This document shows, in pieces, positions 1-11,853 of a stretch of DNA of 64,000 nucleotides; position 1 is the first letter of the stretch; each line of letters starts with the position of its first letter. Origin of the DNA: Botryllus schlosseri (lineage: Eukaryota); assembly GCA_051294905.1 (NCBI GenBank), contig CM119372.1, forward strand, positions 3,970,001-4,034,000, read 5' to 3'. A program made the position numbers and the translations under genes. The notes beneath the pieces are model-generated. The model searched no databases and had not been told where the DNA came from. It saw only the letters and a program-made list of their open reading frames with translations.

Positions 1-998
1 TCAATATTTGGATTTTCGGAATCAGTGCTACAGTTATATTAGATAAATATTAATTATTATAAATTCTGAGCTATTTACGATGAATTGCACTACCACAGGA
101 TGATTAGTATAGCCTACCAGATTTTACAGAGAAAATACGGCGCCCACTACTAATCCAATGTAGTGAGTTCGAATTTGTACTACCATGACGTCACTATTTT
201 TCAATTGTGACGTAACAATTGATTGACATGTATGGCTCTTTGGGACTTAAAATGGAAAATATAGGTCTAACATGGCTCTTCAGAAAAAAAAGGCTCCCGG
301 CCATTGTTATAGGCTATAAGCTACAATCACTTCGTTTGCGGTCAAATATTTGTTATCGAACAATGAAGGTTCAGTAAAACGCGAAATAATTTATTGAATG
401 AAATTGGTCGCTCTCACACGTCACACCAGCGTATCGAGAACAATCCGAACATGAAAGATACAGTGATTTTTATCGACACAAATTACTTGATGACTTGAAA
501 TTGACTCGTAAATTTTGCACCGAGTCACGAGTCAATCTGCATTTTTGAAACGCCGAGTCAAGCCAAGTCAAATCATTTTTGCAAAGTGACTCGATTATGA
601 CAAGTCATACGAAAAAGATGACTCGAGTCATCCCAACAGACTTGCACAAACTACTGAATTTTCAAAAAGCGCAACTAGAACTATAACTAGAACTAATCAA
701 TTTTTAAGACTCGCAACTATAACTATAACTATAACTATCCAATTTTCAATTTCCGCAACTAGAACTAGAACTAGAACTACTCAATCTTCAAATCTCGCAA
801 CTAGAACTAGAACTAACGAAATTTAAATATCGGTAACTAACTAACTAAAACACAACTAACTAAATTTAATTCTCAATCAACTCATTCATTTTTATTTTAT
901 TCGAATTCGGCGTTTCAGCCTTCCACATGAACGTCGGTACAACGAAATTACTGAAAAATCAGACAGACAGAACTATTCTGTAATCAGTACAGGATAAA

Positions 999-1466
999 CT
1001 AAACTATTTTCTGCAGCGGTTGCTGATTGCAGCGAATCAACATGAGTCGCGAAAATTTTTTTTCGTTGAATTTTGCCCACTTTGGGGAATACAAAATCCC
1101 AGCATGCGAGAAAGCCCTTTCACTGGGCGCAGATGTTGCAGTCATCCCAAGAAAATCTTTCGCCCAGTTCCGTAATTCTGGCAAGTCGGTCATATTCCGC
1201 CAACAGTTTAGCACATTCTGACCCAGGGGTAGTCGCTGTTCCCTGGCATACTTTTTCACCTCAGACGGGCCGGATTTAACTTCAAGCGGACGACACTGAC
1301 TTGGAGGTAGAAAGTTGAAGAGTGAGAGTCTCGGTTTCTTGTGCGTTGGAGAGCCAGGAGGAAACGACCCAGGCAATTTCTGCAATTTCCTTTGTAAAGA
1401 TACCTTGGGCGAATCCAGATCGTCTTCTCTTTGTGCCTGGGCAGGCGTGGTCGGCATCATCATCAC
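999..1466 (-). pseudogene. C-terminal fragment of a hAT transposase (dimerization domain)
   Basis: Translation contains W..PELRNWAKDFLGMTATSAPSERAFSHAG, the hAT C-terminal motif; N-terminal and catalytic parts not seen. Confidence 0.8.
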
Positions 1467-2249
1467 GAATCAAATCTCGTAAGTTCAACAGACGCGACAG
1501 CTTAGTTCCGAGATAATACTCGCCAGCGCACAGCAGGAGATCACTAGTTCACATTCCAATTAGTAAACAACCTCAGCGGGAGATCGCGTGCGCTGCGCAC
1601 TGTCGATTGTTGTAAATTTGACGAGTTATCAGTGAACTCGGCATAATCAATGAATTAACTATGATCCAACAATGAGCATTTGATCCTTTGTCATGATCAC
1701 ATTAGTAACCCTAAGCGTAGTGCACATTTGCGTAAATCGTACGCGCGTACAGTGCGCATAAAGCATTTCTTTAGTTTCTTTCCTTTCTCTTCTGTTCTCT
1801 CGTTTGCTCGTCGCGTAAAGAGCCTCTTCTCTCTCGTTTCCTTACGCGGCCTTTACGCGGAGAGAGCGATTCGTACGCGCGTATTGTTGACATGCCGAGT
1901 TCATTTGTGAGAATTCACACACGCAAGGGGTCGCAAGGTATTGATGGTTTGGAGTTCATTTATGAGAATTTAAACTCGCAAGGGGTCGCAGGTTTTAAAA
2001 TATTGAGTATCGATCCTGCGCGGGAAAATAGCTATGAAGTCCTGCCGAGCTCAATTGCGATAATTTGGAAATTCAATTGGTCTTCTGTCGGCTGGCCGTA
2101 CGGTTTTACCAATTGCTACAGGTGTTATAGAAGGACTTCTTCCCAGCTAGTTGACCGCGCGTAGAACGGCTGTTTTTTATAGTTGAGAAGTACTTAATTA
2201 TTATACTGTGAAGTGTGAAATGATCATGCTATTGCAGACGAGTAATATT

Positions 2250-3347
2250 ATGGAGAATGTAGATATTAATGAGAGGCTTATTGAAGAGGTGAGGAGCAGA
2301 CCATTTTTGTACGCAACGTCGATGAATGATCATCACAGTAAAGCAAAGTCGGCTACAGCCTGGAGGGCGATAGCGTTGACATTGGAGGCATCAGGTATGA
2401 GATGAGATATGTGCAGTTCATTGCTTGTAACGTGGATGCCTGGATTGCAGAGGATAAGTTGAAAAAAAGATGGAAGTCGATTCGTGATCGGTACGTTAGG
2501 TCAAAGAAAAATCTCCCATCGGGATCAGGAGCGGATGCGTTACCGAGAAAGTGGGCCTTAAGTTCGCTCTTGACTTTTTTGGATCCGTATATCGAAGTTC
2601 GCAGGTTAGCTTCGGTTTATTAGCAATTTTATCAGTTAATGCACCACAAAAATTGCGATACAATGAAAATGATATGAGTCTAGAAAAGTTATTGCTGTAG
2701 TCGAGATTTATGGAAGATTTGTAGATGTGGCCGTTCCTAAATTTTTATTTGTAGCAGGGCGTTTATTTTTTCTATAATGGGAATTCTAATATGCTATATA
2801 ATTTATTATGTTATTTTCAAATGATAAATTAATTGAATATAAAACTGAATCTACAGTACATCCGGCAACATGGCGGACTGTTCGTTGGAACTGTCCGTAG
2901 AGGATCCACCGACTTCCTCAGTGCCCGACGAACCAACTACATGTAAGTAGTATACACGGTAACGTTAGTTTGCTGAGCTAAACAATTATCTCTTTTTCTG
3001 CAGCAACACCAGCACGAAAACCGAGGAAAAGGAGAGCAGCAGCGGAGGAAGAGGAGGAGCAAGACAGTGACATTCAGGCGGTACTGAAAGTCATTAAGGA
3101 GGGTCACAAACGTGTGTAACCAACCGAACTTTAAGGCCCGCCAGGTTTCATATTGTGGCACATGTCGATATTTGCAGGGCAAAGTGGTAACGACGCGTTT
3201 GGGGTTATGGTAGCGAGAGAGTTGGACAAATTTGATGACAACGACCCATTTCTCATGCACATCAAGATCAAGGTGCTCACTGATATTTCCGAAGCCCAAC
3301 AGAGGAGAAGAAATTTTCCGACCATCAACCCAAACGCTTTCGGATGA
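2250..3347 (+). CDS. Harbinger accessory Myb/SANT-like MADF protein with C-terminal BESS-like motif, 220 aa; exons 2250-2394, 2451-2604, 2857-2942, 3004-3111, 3178-3347
   Basis: MADF motifs RLIEEVRSRPFLY..W..IA and LKKRWKSIRDRY; GT-AG introns give phase-consistent joins (663 nt, no internal stop); C-terminal DAFGVMVARELDKF..IKIKVLTDI. Confidence 0.85.
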
Positions 3348-4316
3348 TTTTCTATTGCAGCATTGGTGTCTGTATCAGTGGTTCTTTACCATGGGTGGTC
3401 GTTCCCCTTGGTGATACAAAGCAGGATGTGCGACAAGCAGTATGCGCATATTTGTGATCACGTAACAAGTAGGGCTGGTTTTGTACTTGTATCGGGGATG
3501 GTATAAGTCGCATCGTTATTCAAGTAGAAGCAGCATAGCAATTTTGATGGCATGTCAAACCTGCTTCAAGTAAAAAAGAAATACCGTATCTGAGAAGTAC
3601 TCTACTGCTTCAAAAAAAGTTAAATAGGTTGATGGTTTCCGCAGGTAATCGGATGTGACAGCGGTGCATGGCAAAACATTGTTTGGAAAAAAGAAGTACT
3701 TGTGGCATTTTACGTATTTTGTAACATTTATGACTCCCACTGAACATACAGATGTCATATGTTGCAATAGTGATCAAAACAGGTAAGTATGCAGGTACGG
3801 TAAGTATTGAGTAAAGTAGTTATTATGGAAATAAATTCAGTTTAATGTTAATAAATTTATCTTTCCAAAAATACTGCAAGATTGTGATACATTGAAAAGA
3901 TAGGAAATTATGTGCACTGAGTTGAAAGTTATAGAAAATAACTAAGAAAAGCTAAAGCTATAAAAATGTGCTGGTGTGTTTCAGGTGAGGTCAGTTTCAG
4001 ACCCTGGTCGAGCATTGGCTGCTATTCATTCTATAGAATCTATGATATTGGATTATGATTAGGATGAGGCTTTTATAGAGAATCAGAAAAACTCAAAAGC
4101 GTCACGTAGCACCTAGAGAGGTAGAATAGACCGCAATAACAGCTGAGGAAATTTGGCATTTTCCGGATTGGAAATAGGTTGATGTTCATGTTGTCATTGC
4201 AAGTTATACTTCTTTGTTATCTTTTAGGTACACAGAACAGGATGACGCAGCAAGAAGCATTTGTCTGAATGTCAGGAAATGGTCATAATAAATGGCTGGG
4301 AGATCTTTCATTTTAA

Positions 4317-5755
4317 CCCTTTCGCCGCGGGTGGATCCTATAGGATCCATGCACAGTTTTTCACAAACACGCTTCAATCAATTAACGACATCTGGCGTTG
4401 TAGGGGTCGTAAACGGTTACAATGATCGTCTAGAAATAGCGATTGTCGATACGCATACGACCAGCTATATATAAACCATTGCCTTATGGCATAACCTGTT
4501 CAAAATGCAGATTGAATACAGAAAAACGTTTCCCGCAAAATACAATGTGTAGCTCAGTTCGCCTGAATGAACGCTAATCTTATAATTCCTTACATCTTCC
4601 GTTCTACACGTCGTAAGCAGACACAGTTGTCGTTTTAGAGTAGCTGTTGATCGCAAGAGTTCATTTCAACCATAATATCGGCAATTAGTTGGATAGAACA
4701 CGCTTCAAATTGGTGAGAAATATAGCAATGTTCTGTTACGTGAAAAATGCCGCGCACGTATGAGCATTGGCACATAAGGCCATATACATTCACTTACGAT
4801 TGTCTTACACAGTTGAATGTCACACACATAGTTAGATGCAGTCCATAACACTTCAACAAGATCAGTATCACGAAGGTTGATCGTATATAAGTTACGCGAA
4901 GCCAGTGCTAACCACTGCAGACATGGGTGTGGAAGTTGGCGCGAGTGTACGGTATTCGCGCCTGTAATACCAACATCATACAGACAGTTGAATCATCCGT
5001 TTTATATATGTTATCCTTGAGCAGTGTAGTTTGTCAGTATTCCACTTATGATTGAAATATATTGTATTGTGCCAAACGTAAATATATCGTTTTACTTGAA
5101 TATATATGCCGCGATGCGCATGCGATACACAATAAACCATATTGACGGCATAGCTGTGCCTGAGGAAGCATGGAGGAGTTGCAGGTTATCACTACCTGTC
5201 AATTCAACCACCATGGATTTATCTGTTGTTGTTCAAAGAGCAAGGTTTATTTCAACGCATAGCAATAAATCGTACAACTGATTGATAGTCAATTACCGAT
5301 TATATACAATGATATTGTGACGGCCAGACTATCAAAACAACGCGCGCCGCGTGTGTGAGCCTCGTTTGCAAGATGCGCGACGTTGAGCACGTGTTACATA
5401 AACGGCCTTCACACTCGACTGTGTTACGGTATGAAGCTCACTCAGGACATTTTAGAAAGGTGATATTGCTGTGAAATCAGTCAGGCGATGATTTCACCCC
5501 GAGAGCGTCTATGTATGACGTAGTGGCAAATTCAGTAACAAAATTCTCTTCTAATTTTTCAAAACCTGAAACACTTCTTCTCATAGCGCTTTCAGCTCTC
5601 CCAGCTGATCAATCCGAGTAGCTCAGTTGGTTAGGCAGCTGTTTCCTGCTTACTACGATATTTTGGGTATTGGTTCAAGTCCCACTGTTCGGATTTTATG
5701 ATCTTTTTCGTGAGAGCGGTAAAATTTGGACTCGAGGCCGACCGCGGGAGTAGGG
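4317..5755 (+). mobile_element. piggyBac-like non-autonomous element nested in Harbinger 1
   Basis: TTAA on both sides (4313-4316, 5756-5759); CCCT...AGGG termini with imperfect TIR; both end regions similar to the element at 39982-42400. Confidence 0.8.
5612..5694 (+). ncRNA. tRNA-like Pol III unit inside the piggyBac-like element (not a canonical tRNA)
   Basis: A box TAGCTCAGTTGG, B box GGTTCAAGTCCC, 7-bp closing stem ATCCGAG/TTCGGAT, followed by TTTT. Confidence 0.6.
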
Positions 5756-5982
5756 TTAACCGGGTTCAAACTTTGGTCTCCACGGTGTCTTCTCAAGGCG
5801 AGAAACACCAACTCCTACAACCAGTTGTGCCCCGGTTTGCACTTGCACATCTTGGGTCTCAGACAAATGCAGTAATAAATCTATTGTACAAAAATCTGGT
5901 CCTGTGTCTTTCTCTGCCTCTGCTAGTATTTAGAGTCATCATCGCCAACAAGAGACAAGATTTTAGCAAAATCATTGATTTA

Positions 5983-6135
5983 TCATATATTGCAGGAAGA
6001 AGTGTAACAGTGAAATGTTGCCTCAGAATATTAAATCAGATTGCATCATATATTGCAGGAAGAAGTGTAACAGTGAAATGTTGCCTCAGAATATTAAATC
6101 AGATTGCTTATCATTAAATCAGATTGCTTATCATT
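5983..6135. repeat. Tandem duplication (57-bp unit x2 plus a shorter duplicated tail)
   Basis: TCATATATTGCAGGAAGAAGTGTAACAGTGAAATGTTGCCTCAGAATATTAAATCAGATTGC repeated directly. Confidence 0.85.
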
Positions 6136-6593
6136 GGCTAAGAATTCCAATGTCCAAAGCCTCAGCATTTCCGACAATATGTGATCATCATAGGCAAAGC
6201 ACTTGGATATGATCAATTGATCATATACCTCATCCGCTTATGATTAGAAACTCTTCAGATTAGAGAACTGCATAACCATAGCACAATCGGCTACAAAATG
6301 GCCACGAAGATTCCTAATCATATTTCCAATATCATGAGCTAGTATTAACATGCATGAATATATTTATATATATGGAATCTATGTACAGAGGTATCTATAA
6401 AAATCAGTAAATAAACATTGATATATTATATATATGAATTTAAGACAACATTGATATATTATAAATATATATTTATGGAACAGAGGTATCTATAAAAATC
6501 GTGAAATAAACATTGATATATTATATATATATATGAATGTAAGACAACATTGATATATTATAAATATATATATATGGATTCGAGACTCAATGC

Positions 6594-7071
6594 TAGGGAT
6601 GGTGTGAACCTCAGAAAGGTTCAGGTTCGTGTGAACGCGAATCTTTTTGAAAGATTCTGTGTGAACGCGAATGTGAACCTCATGACGTCATATTGTTAAT
6701 TCCAACCCTACATTTCAGTAAAGTGATAGCGTATATTAACATACACGATACCTAGCGATGACTCGGGCCATATAATGCCATTACGCTAAAGTACATATTG
6801 ACGTTTCAAACGTCGCCAAATGTATCAACCGGGGCAATCAAATGATATAATAATCCCGCAAAATCAATATATTCCGTCGCTTTGCCAACAATTTCAATGG
6901 GGAATTGCAAGGGAATGGTCAGACCGGACAATGTATATTCAGCGGATGGATATATGGAAAAGGTTCACAGTGCAGAACCTACCAAGGTTTGTTTGTGAAC
7001 GTGAACCTCTAAATTTGCGAGTTTCACACACACAGAACGCGAACGTGAACCTCGCGTTCACACCATCTCTA
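6594..7071 (+). mobile_element. hAT-type MITE family A, internally deleted copy
   Basis: TIR TAGGGATGGTGTGAAC / GTTCACACCATCTCTA; exact 8-bp TSD CTCAATGC; GTGAAC subterminal repeats. Confidence 0.9.
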
Positions 7072-7079
7072 CTCAATGC

Positions 7080-8408
7080 CTACGCAAAATCACCCCGCTG
7101 ACTACTGAAATAAGAAACAAAATCATCCCTAATCTTCGTTGCCTCCTCTGTTGGACGTCTTCCCGCTCTTACAAGATTCCGCCAATGCGGTGCGGGTTGC
7201 TGTGGGGGTTCATCGCCATCGTTTGCCCCAAATGCAAGGTGATGTTGATCACCTGAAAGATAATTATGCAGGACAGTAGCTGCTTTTACGATATGGTCAG
7301 CATGTACAGGAGTGATTGCCAATGCCCTGCGAAACATTCTAAACCGGGACGACAAAATGCCAAATGCATTTTCTACAACATTCCTGGCTCGAGACAACCT
7401 GAAGTTATAATGCCTCCGCTCTGGGCAATTTAAATAGGAACCTGGAAACGGCCTCATAATATGCCTCTGCAGTGGGAAAGCTTCATCTGCAACGAAAACA
7501 TGAGGAATTGGACTTACACACCCAGGCAGGGGAGCATCTGATGGCAGATCTAGCTGAGCCGATGCTAAACGCTTTCCCAAAGCGGAGTTGCTGAAGCACT
7601 TACTATCATTAACCCTTCCATATTGGCCTACATCTACTGCAACAAACTTTCTGTCCGCATCAGCAACTGCCATCAGAACTATACTAAAAGTCTTTTTATA
7701 ATTAAAATACATTGATCCAGAATTTGCAGGCTTCTGAACGATCACATGTTTACCATCAATACTGCCAATACAATTAGGAAAGTTCCACTTATCTTTGAAT
7801 TGTGCCGCGTTCTCTATCCATTGTTCTTGTGTGGGTTCTGGCATGTAATCCGCTGCTAAAGCCTGCCAGATAGCCACACAAGTGTCCCGGATCAACTTGG
7901 CCACTGTTGACTTCCCGCACCGATACGAAAAAGCGATAGTTTGAAACGAATCACCAGTAGCCAGGAACCTAAAATAGTGAAAAATGCTTTTGTACAGGGA
8001 TTCTCAATTCAAATTTACTGTACACAGATGCCGTATATAGGCCTATACCACAGTTGTAAATTGGTTTCAACAATTTATATTGTAAAGATCAAATGGATAT
8101 ATGATTTACCTGAGAGTGATTGCCAGTCGTTCATTGGGAGGAATCGGTTTCCTCATCGCTGTCGTCTGCTTCGAAATGAGCGGGCCAACAATTGACAGAA
8201 GCTCGTCAAACTTGTCAGGTGTCATGCGGAAATATTGAAAGAAGGCTGCAGGTCTTTCGTATCTCATTTCCTGTGTTAGCCTGTACTCTCCAAGTTGATC
8301 CCTTCTCTGGAGAATGGGGTGAACCCAACAGGCCCGCCTCTTCTTTTGTTTCTTCTTCCTCCTTTCGTCCTTCTTTAGAGCCAAATAAAGTAAAGCCAGC
8401 AGGTCCAT
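7080..8408 (-). CDS. Harbinger (HARBI1-like) DDE transposase, ~395 aa; exons 8408-8110 and 7968-7080
   Basis: Motifs WVHPIL, YFRMTP, ERLAITLR/FLATGDS across a 141-bp GT-AG intron, catalytic IDGKH, ADEAFPL and VENAFG; reading frame intact; start codon uncertain (alternative ATG at 8462). Confidence 0.92.
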
Positions 8409-9472
8409 TTCCGTTTGGCTGCTTGTCCCAGCCGAATCATCCTGCCTTCGTACAATACTCATCCTTGTCAACCAAAGTAATTCTCTCCACCACAAAATGC
8501 TGTGTCCAGTGCAAATTGCAAACTCAAAAGAGACCGATTGCTTTTGTTTTCGCGCGAAAGCAGCTTGACGCTCGGCAGCGACAACATGCGGAAACGCGCA
8601 AAAATTTATTCTCACTTTTCGTTCAGCGATGACGTAATCTCTCGTTTTGGCCAATTTAGTGAGAGAGTGATAATCGTACGCGCGTACGATTTACGCAAAT
8701 GTGCACTAGGCTTAAGTAACCTCACTTGTCACGCGAGGAGAGTTCTCATCGCGCAGGGCAGGACACACAAGTGTTTTCTAGTTGTTCGGCAACTAATATT
8801 TTTTTGAAATGCGCAACTAAAACTAGAACTAGAACTACTGAATTTTCAAAATCTGCAACTACAACTAGAACTAGAACTACGGAATTTTCAAAATCCGCAT
8901 CTACAACTAGAACTAGAACTACGCAATTTTCAAAATCCGCAACTACAACTAGAACTAGAACTACTCAAAAAACTGTTAGTTAGTTGACCGTCAACTAACT
9001 AAATGTTCAGTTTGTACAAGTCTGCATCCCAACACTGATGCGGAGTACCAGTAAAGCTCTGGTAGCTTTCATTGTATCACAATCTTGAAATTTTTTGAAA
9101 TGAAAACAAACGAATGAATGAAATATATCGCTCCATTTACACTTGTGGCCATCAAATTTAACTGAGCGTTCTGTTTTGTTGACATTCGTGCTGAATATGT
9201 AGCGTTTGAACGAAGAGCTGCGTTTTACCAACATTTTAAATAGCACTGTATTCACAATCAGGTGGCAAAATGGATGTAATCCCTTAAGGGTCGATCACAC
9301 ACAATCAAACATTCCAACGCGCGGTTTTGTTCTCACTCCAACCACAGCCACAGGGTGGCCACACTGAACAAAACAGTGAACAGGCTGCGCGAGTCCAGTA
9401 ACCGCGCGAAAGTTTGTCTCCAGCGAAGCTTTCGGCTGACTATGCACAGGAATAGTTTGCAGAACTGGAATA

Positions 9473-11721
9473 ATGTATGATTTCGAAGAGACGCTGATTT
9501 CGTTGGTCAGGCAGCATGTGCATTTATATGACCAATCGACAAAGTCCTACAGGAAGTCTTCTCTTCGTGAACAGAGCTGGACAAGCATTGGCAAGGCCTT
9601 GAACATACCAGGTGAGAAATGAAATATTGTCTACTGTTATGTCTATCTTATCTAAGTTTGGTTCGCATACCATACCATCTTCCTTTCTTCGAATTGTCCT
9701 TGTTTCATCTCATTTTCAATAAAACACGAAACTTCCATCTTCACCGTTATATTTATTTAATTTATCTTTCATCAAATAACCTATGCCCAGGGCCGTAACA
9801 GCACTTCGTCAGGCCCCCCCCAAAACTTTGGTCTTGGGCCCCCCATAGGGTTATAGACCTAACTTCTGGGGGGCTTCGCCCCCCAGACCCCCCTCCGGCG
9901 ATACACTGTTTACCGCTGTTTATCATTATCATTGGGAGTTTGTTTGGCGGGTCAGCTTTTGTCGCCGAAGCGCGGAAAATTTTCTAGAATTCATTATTGA
10001 ATCGGTCAGTATGATCGGAAGTTGCCTATATTGTCATCAAATTTTATCTTCTCTCTGCTCACGTAATCAGATTTGCCGGTGGAGCTGAGTGAGGTGTGTT
10101 TGAAAAGGTAGGACCACTCCATTAATAATTAAACATCTTCAGGCGTATACCCGTTGGCAGGAACGAAACAGCACCTCGTCAGGCCCCCAAAAACGTGGGT
10201 CTTGGGCTCCCATAGGGTGATAAAACGACCCCCCCATCACGTTGTTCGCGTTTGTCACGAAATCAACTGTACTGTATTGTGAGCCAGCGCGAAGCGCGAA
10301 AATTTTCGATAATTTATGATAAAATCGGTCAATCAGATAGGCGATTGCATATATATTATGCTATCAATTTATTTTCCTCTCTACTCACGTAATTAGATTT
10401 ACCGGTAGAGCTGAGTGAAGTGTCTTGAAAACGGGGTGGCCCGTAAATAATAATTAAACATCTTCTGGCGGGCGGACCCGTTGGTATGACTTCGTTACAT
10501 GATGTTATTTCGTGACTTCCAGTCTGCTATATCAAAACATATAGAATCGCCCAAACGTAGGCTTCTGAACTAAGAGACGCACACGATTTCAAATTGGTAT
10601 TTCTTCACTGGCATAAATTTTTTCCCATCGGGATGGTATTTGTCTTGTGAGGTTCAGATTGCAAAGACAGGAACATTCGACGTCTGTCATTTAGGCGCCT
10701 ATGTACAATTAAACCTATGTGTATTTTATATATAGAACGCCGTCTTCGGTCAGCATAAGGGCATAGACCTTTTCGGCCAAGGTTTTCTCGCTGCCGATCG
10801 TTCTGGCACACTTCTTGGAGTCGCATGTTATATGGCCTAAAACTTGATTGTAGGTCTTGGTGGGTCGTAGCGCGGTAATGGCCTAATACCCAATAATAAA
10901 GATAAATGGCTTCTTGAATTCGCGCGCAGCGCGAAAAAATTTTGAAAAATTGGCATGAATTTTCAAAAAATACTTTATGATTTATGCTAATTCACGAAAT
11001 AATTTTGGGCCCCCTTCGAGCTCGGGCCCCCCCCAATTGGGGGGTTTGGGGTGCGGCAGTTACGGTGCTGCCTATGCCTATATGTTCATTATATCGCAAT
11101 CAGTGTATTTATATTTGATGAAAATGTTATCAAGGGGATGATTAGGCCGTATGATGAATAATATTACGAGTCTATGAAATCATTGACTACCGATTTTCTC
11201 GCACACATTACAAATTCACTTCTTTTTGCAGGACATCCAGTAACATGGATAAAACGATCATGATCGAGTTAGTACAGGAGGAACCCGTTTCTGCAGATTT
11301 AGATCCTGAAGCTGAAGCTATCGAGGCTCAATCAAATTCTACGGATCTGGAATCTACCGGGGACGTGTTGTCATCTCCTACACAAGAAAGCTATAGCTCT
11401 CCCTTGCCATCAGTCTCTTCAAAAAACTCAAGCCGCCTATCAGTCTCTTCAAAAATATCAAGCCTATCTTCAACACAGAACACAAGCATGACTCCCGCGA
11501 GAAAGCGTACGGAGGTGCTAGACGACTTTGATTCGCTTGTTCTCAAACACTTGAAACAAGATTCTGATGAACTCGACTACTTTGCCAGATTTATCACAGG
11601 ATCACTGAAGACCATCGAAGAACCTAAGAGATCTGAAGTGATAGAAGAAATTACGCAGTGTATTTCGAAGGCGAAACGTAATGTTCTAACTGCACAACAA
11701 ATCAATACATGTACTCAGTGA
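9473..11721 (+). pseudogene. MADF/BESS-like accessory gene of Harbinger 2; exon 9473-9611 and last exon 11232-11721, middle exon not found
   Basis: Exon 1 MYDFEETLISLVRQHVHLYD..W..IGKAL; last exon TSSNM...DELDYFARFITGSLKTI; splice phases (1 versus 2) do not join without an intervening exon. Confidence 0.7.
9788..11070 (+). mobile_element. hAT-type non-autonomous element family B inside the Harbinger 2 MADF intron
   Basis: TIR CAGGGCCGTAAC / GTTACGGTGCTG; exact 8-bp TSD CCTATGCC; inverted homolog at ~54640-56353. Confidence 0.9.
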
Positions 11722-11853
11722 ATTCAGCTGTAATGTTTTCATTGAACAACAAACCAATACATGTACTCAGTGAATTCAGCTGTAATGTTTTCATTGAACA
11801 ACAAACCAATACATGTACTCAGTGAATTCAACATGTACTCAGTGAATTCAGTT
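11703..11853. repeat. 52-bp tandem repeat between the convergent stop codons
   Basis: CAATACATGTACTCAGTGAATTCAGCTGTAATGTTTTCATTGAACAACAAAC x2 plus partial units. Confidence 0.85.

Larger units (their letters stand above)
1714..8712. mobile_element. PIF/Harbinger transposon 1 (two convergent genes)
   Basis: ~37-bp TIRs AGC(G/C)TAGTGCACATTTGCGTAAATCGTACGCGCGTAC at 1714-1750 and 8676-8712; TWA-like but imperfect flanks (cta/taa); contains MADF gene and DDE transposase gene. Confidence 0.92.
637..9024 (-). mobile_element. Non-autonomous hAT DNA transposon (~1.4 kb of own sequence) interrupted by a nested Harbinger element
   Basis: 16-bp TIRs CAGACTTG(C/T)ACAAACT at 637 and ending at 9024; exact 8-bp TSD CATCCCAA at 629-636 and 9025-9032; subterminal AACTAGAACT/AACTATAACT repeats at both ends; hAT dimerization-domain remnant inside. 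Confidence 0.92.

Noticed and set aside
5612..5694. Functional tRNA gene
   Set aside because: Anticodon and T arms do not fit a canonical cloverleaf, and it lies inside a transposon; reported only as tRNA-like
8726..8983. ORF with TTRTRTT repeats
   Set aside because: Translation of the hAT subterminal AACTAGAACT repeats
10605..10826. Conserved-looking ORF repeated at 54707-55060
   Set aside because: Similarity is explained by two copies of the same non-autonomous element; stops differ and no domain is recognisable
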